A stretch of DNA of 64,000 bases from a virus: the IMG/VR virus record IMGVR_UViG_3300031521_000040, positions 19,182 to 83,181 of that record; one strand, 5' to 3'. Shown piece after piece: positions 60,997 through 64,000 of the stretch; within the stretch, counting starts at the first letter, position 1; each line of letters starts with the position of its first letter. The notes below the pieces were generated by a model, which saw only the letters and a program-made list of their open reading frames with translations, was not told the DNA's origin and did no database searches. The translations under genes and the position numbers were made by a program.

Positions 60997-62062
60997 AATC
61001 GATTGGAATGTATTAAATACTTATATTGAAAATAATTTAATTGTATCAAATAAACATCCAGAATATGATATTTGGATACTAAATTATTCGCCAAAGGCAC
61101 AGTCAAAAAAGTTTTGGGATGAATACACCATGTCCTGTAGAGGCTTAGTTGTAGATATTGATGGTAATATAATTAGCCGATGTATGAAAAAGTTCAAAAA
61201 TTATGAAGAACATGATCCATCGGAAATTGATATGTTACAGTCATTCGAAATTTTCGAAAAGATGGACGGGTCAATGATTTCTGTTTTTTGGTACGATGCA
61301 CGTAACGAATGGATTGTAGCCAGCAGGGGGTCTTTTATTTCGGAACAGTCTGTGGAAGCCAGAAAAATACTGAGTAATAAATCTGTTTACTTGGAAAAAA
61401 ATAATACATATATTTTCGAGGTAATATATCCTGAAAATCAGATAGTTGTCCACTACAATGGAATTCGTAGCTTAGTACTACTTACTGTTATTGAAACTAA
61501 GTCAGGCATCGAAGCACCATATGATAATGTATTAAATAACTATGTTGATTATTTTACTATCGTTAAGAAATATGATATTAAGAATATCAACAACTTAAAC
61601 GATTTAAAAATACTTGAAGAAGAAAATCATGAAGGTTTTGTTGTGAAATTTGCCGATGGATTCCGAGTTAAAGTAAAATTTAATGAATACATCCGATTGC
61701 ATGGTATTTTAACTAATGTTTCAAATGTTGTAGTTTGGGAACACTTAATGAATAACTATAACTTTGATCTATTATTAGATAGAGTTCCTGATGAATTTTA
61801 TGACTGGTTGAGAAGAACAGTGGGATCGCTACAATTGCAATATAATGATATTGAACGATTGGCTTTGAAGGATTTTATCAGAATTTATCATATAAATAAT
61901 ATATCAGATCGTAAAGCATTCGCAATGGAAGCTATAAAAACAGAACATCGTTCGATATTGTTTAGACTTTATGACAAAAAGCCATATGATGTATTAATCT
62001 GGAAACAAATTCGACCTGTATTTTCGAAGCCATTCAAAGATGGCTATGAATATGTTTCATAA
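60977..62062 (+). CDS. RNA ligase (T4 Rnl1-like)
   Basis: CRGLV, KKFKNY, EKMDGS (motif I), ASRGSF, FEVIYP, EGFVV, VKVKFNEY. Confidence 0.9.
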   Translation: MEEVLTKIDWNVLNTYIENNLIVSNKHPEYDIWILNYSPKAQSKKFWDEYTMSCRGLVVDIDGNIISRCMKKFKNYEEHDPSEIDMLQSFEIFEKMDGSMISVFWYDARNEWIVASRGSFISEQSVEARKILSNKSVYLEKNNTYIFEVIYPENQIVVHYNGIRSLVLLTVIETKSGIEAPYDNVLNNYVDYFTIVKKYDIKNINNLNDLKILEEENHEGFVVKFADGFRVKVKFNEYIRLHGILTNVSNVVVWEHLMNNYNFDLLLDRVPDEFYDWLRRTVGSLQLQYNDIERLALKDFIRIYHINNISDRKAFAMEAIKTEHRSILFRLYDKKPYDVLIWKQIRPVFSKPFKDGYEYVS

Positions 62063-62097
62063 AAAACGGTCATGCTGCAGAGTATGACCGTTTTTTT
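62062..62097 (+). terminator. Intrinsic terminator
   Basis: AAAAAACGGTCATGCT-GCAG-AGTATGACCGTTTTTT. Confidence 0.75.
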
Positions 62098-62122
62098 AGT
62101 ATTTATAAGAAAATCAAATACT

Positions 62123-62914
62123 ATGAAACCATTCACCTACTTAAAAAAATTATTTAAAAAAAAGAAAACAATCAAATTCGGGTGGAAAAAAGATAATCTA
62201 GACCCAAGAGACATTAAATTTAAAATTGAACAACAACACGCATTACCGCCGATGGTTGATTTAAGATCCTATTGTCCACCTGTTTATGATCAGGGTAATA
62301 TAGGTAGTTGTACTGCAAATTCATTGGCTGCTGCTTATCAGTTTGAGGAAATGAAACAAAAGGGTGAAAATTTTATCCCATCAAGATTATTTATCTATTA
62401 TAATGAAAGAGCATTAGAAGGAAATGTCAATACTGATAGTGGTGCTGCAATCAGAGACGGCATTAAAACAATGGTTACTGATGGCGTATGTCCTGAAACA
62501 ATATGGAAATATAGCCCAAATAAATTTGCAATAAAACCAACTAAAGAATGTTATGATGCTGCATTAAATAATCAGGTTGTAGAGTATTTAAGAATTACTC
62601 CACATAATTTATATGAAGTTAAACATTGCATTTCTGATGGTTATCCAGTTGTATTTGGTTTCATGATCTATGAATCATTTATGGATGCAGAAGTTGCACG
62701 TACTGGTATTGCGCCTATGCCTAAATCTAATGAAATATTACAAGGCGGACATGCTGTTCTTGCTGTTGGATATGATGACTCAATGGAAGCGTTAATTGTT
62801 AGAAATAGTTGGGGAAGTGATTGGGGCATTGATGGCTATTTTTATCTTCCATATGGGTTTGTTACTGAAGAAAACTTATCTGCCGATTATTGGACAATCA
62901 GATTGGTTGAGTAG
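62123..62914 (+). CDS. Papain-like cysteine protease (C1A)
   Basis: DQGNIGSCTAN, GGHAVLAVGY, RNSWG; start behind the late motif at 62098. Confidence 0.9.
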   Translation: MKPFTYLKKLFKKKKTIKFGWKKDNLDPRDIKFKIEQQHALPPMVDLRSYCPPVYDQGNIGSCTANSLAAAYQFEEMKQKGENFIPSRLFIYYNERALEGNVNTDSGAAIRDGIKTMVTDGVCPETIWKYSPNKFAIKPTKECYDAALNNQVVEYLRITPHNLYEVKHCISDGYPVVFGFMIYESFMDAEVARTGIAPMPKSNEILQGGHAVLAVGYDDSMEALIVRNSWGSDWGIDGYFYLPYGFVTEENLSADYWTIRLVE

Positions 62915-63023
62915 TATTTATATGCACGAATTAAATATTTTGTTAAATTAAACGATTTGGCTAATTCGTGCATTATCTTTGTACAAAATCTAATACAGTA
63001 TTCATTAAACATATAAACTAAAT

Positions 63024-63365
63024 ATGAGAAATATCTTTGAAATCATCAATGAAGAGATTGACACATTAAATATCAATAGCCAACAGAATAACAATCCAGA
63101 ACCTGATTATGGTTGGGCTATCTTTAGAATAGCAAACGGACATAAATATTATGTTATTAAAATAGATACGCAGTCTGATAAAATTATTATGTATGATAGC
63201 GGTGTTAAGTATTCGGATAGAAAAGTATTGAAGTTTTCGGAAAAAAGAGCAGCACAAATAATAAAAAAGAACATGAATGTTGATAAAAAATATGGAATTG
63301 TCAACAGTAGAGGTGTTCAAAAACTGTATGATTGGAGTATTCGTTACGATAATGGCTTAAGCTAG
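63024..63365 (+). CDS. Hypothetical protein
   Basis: IFEIINEEI N-terminal motif. Confidence 0.5.
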   Translation: MRNIFEIINEEIDTLNINSQQNNNPEPDYGWAIFRIANGHKYYVIKIDTQSDKIIMYDSGVKYSDRKVLKFSEKRAAQIIKKNMNVDKKYGIVNSRGVQKLYDWSIRYDNGLS

Positions 63366-63414
63366 TGTTGATAATCAACCAGTTAAAAATAAATGAAAAA
63401 TAATTGCAATTTTT

Positions 63415-63458
63415 TGTAACATTTTGCTTGTCTAATACGTATTTATGGTATATCTTTG
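63415..63458 (+). promoter_or_regulatory. Nested promoters of tRNA array 3
   Basis: TGTAAC-N17-CGTA, GTATTTAT, TATCTTTG. Confidence 0.7.
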
Positions 63459-63489
63459 TTAAATAAAACAAATAATAACAAAACAAACA

Positions 63490-63582
63490 ATGAGAACATT
63501 TGGTAAAACATATCGTGGTTATAAATCTTATAAGAAAACTCTTATGGAATCGGGATTGCTTTGTCAAATAAAAACAACTTAA
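63490..63582 (+). CDS. Attenuator leader peptide 3 (MRTFGKTYRGYKSYKKTLMESGLLCQIKTT)
   Basis: 30-aa ORF; codons 2-17 encode only R/T/F/G/K/Y/S. Confidence 0.75.
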   Translation: MRTFGKTYRGYKSYKKTLMESGLLCQIKTT

Positions 63583-63610
63583 AATAGTTTAATAGCATTT
63601 AGACATTATC

Positions 63611-63644
63611 AAAAACCCCGATTCATTAGAGTCGGGGTTTTTTT
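63611..63644 (+). terminator. Attenuator terminator 3
   Basis: AAAAACCCCGATTC-ATTA-GAGTCGGGGTTTTTTT; CCCGATTC can alternatively pair with GAATCGGG (63547-63554). Confidence 0.85.
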
Positions 63645-63845
63645 GTTCTTTAAAATATTGATGAAATGAAAGTTGTTTGAAATTATTATTGAAAGTCTGA
63701 AGGAAACTACATGGGAGACATACGCAATCGTGAGATAAAAAACGTGAGCAGTGGAAGGCGCTGACAGGCACAGAAGTTAAGAAATGTATTAGTAGATCAA
63801 ATCAGTATGTAATGAGATTAGAATGACGAGTAATCACACTAACGG

Positions 63846-63933
63846 GATATCTGTAGCTCAGTCAGGTAGAGCAGGAGACAGCGTTTGCGTATTAGAAACT
63901 CCGTGTCATAGGTTCAAATCCTATCTGGTGTCA
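63846..63933 (+). tRNA. tRNA-like gene with an expanded (about 21 nt) anticodon loop
   Basis: TAGCTCAGTCAGGTAGAGC D arm, GGAG...CTCC stem, ATAGG-TTCAAAT-CCTAT T arm. Confidence 0.6.
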
Positions 63934-63955
63934 TAAACCGTTGGTGTGTAATTTT

Positions 63956-64000
63956 GCCTTCGTAGCTCAATAGGTAGACGCACCTGACTTTTAATCAGGG
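63956..64000 (+). tRNA. tRNA-Lys(TTT), truncated by the window edge
   Basis: CCTGA-CTTTTAA-TCAGG. Confidence 0.85.

Noticed and set aside
63660-63845. Purine-rich spacer at the start of array 3 as an ncRNA
   Set aside because: Position is suggestive, but I could not find convincing stems by eye

Overview
AT-rich segment of a large T4-like (myovirus-type) jumbo phage genome, read in the standard genetic code. The host is probably a Bacteroidota species, judging by TTTG-N19-TAnnTTTG promoters and a DSIAK-repeat lipoprotein. Bases 1-46.8 kb hold virion genes (tail sheath, neck, major capsid protein, scaffold, prohead protease, portal, large terminase, an M23-tipped tail protein). These are mixed with nucleotide-metabolism genes (thyA, two dUTPases, MazG), an intein-containing UvrD helicase and several homing endonucleases. 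Bases 46.8-64 kb hold three tRNA arrays plus RNA-repair genes. Main finding: each tRNA array is preceded by the same control cassette, namely nested promoters, a short leader ORF, an antiterminator/terminator pair and a boxA. The codons of each leader ORF match the tRNAs encoded downstream: Q/P/H; L/D/E/V/A/W; and R/T/F/G/K/Y/S, where only the Lys tRNA is visible before the window ends. This looks like ribosome-mediated attenuation that switches on phage tRNA arrays when the matching tRNAs are depleted. All calls were made by eye, without database searches.
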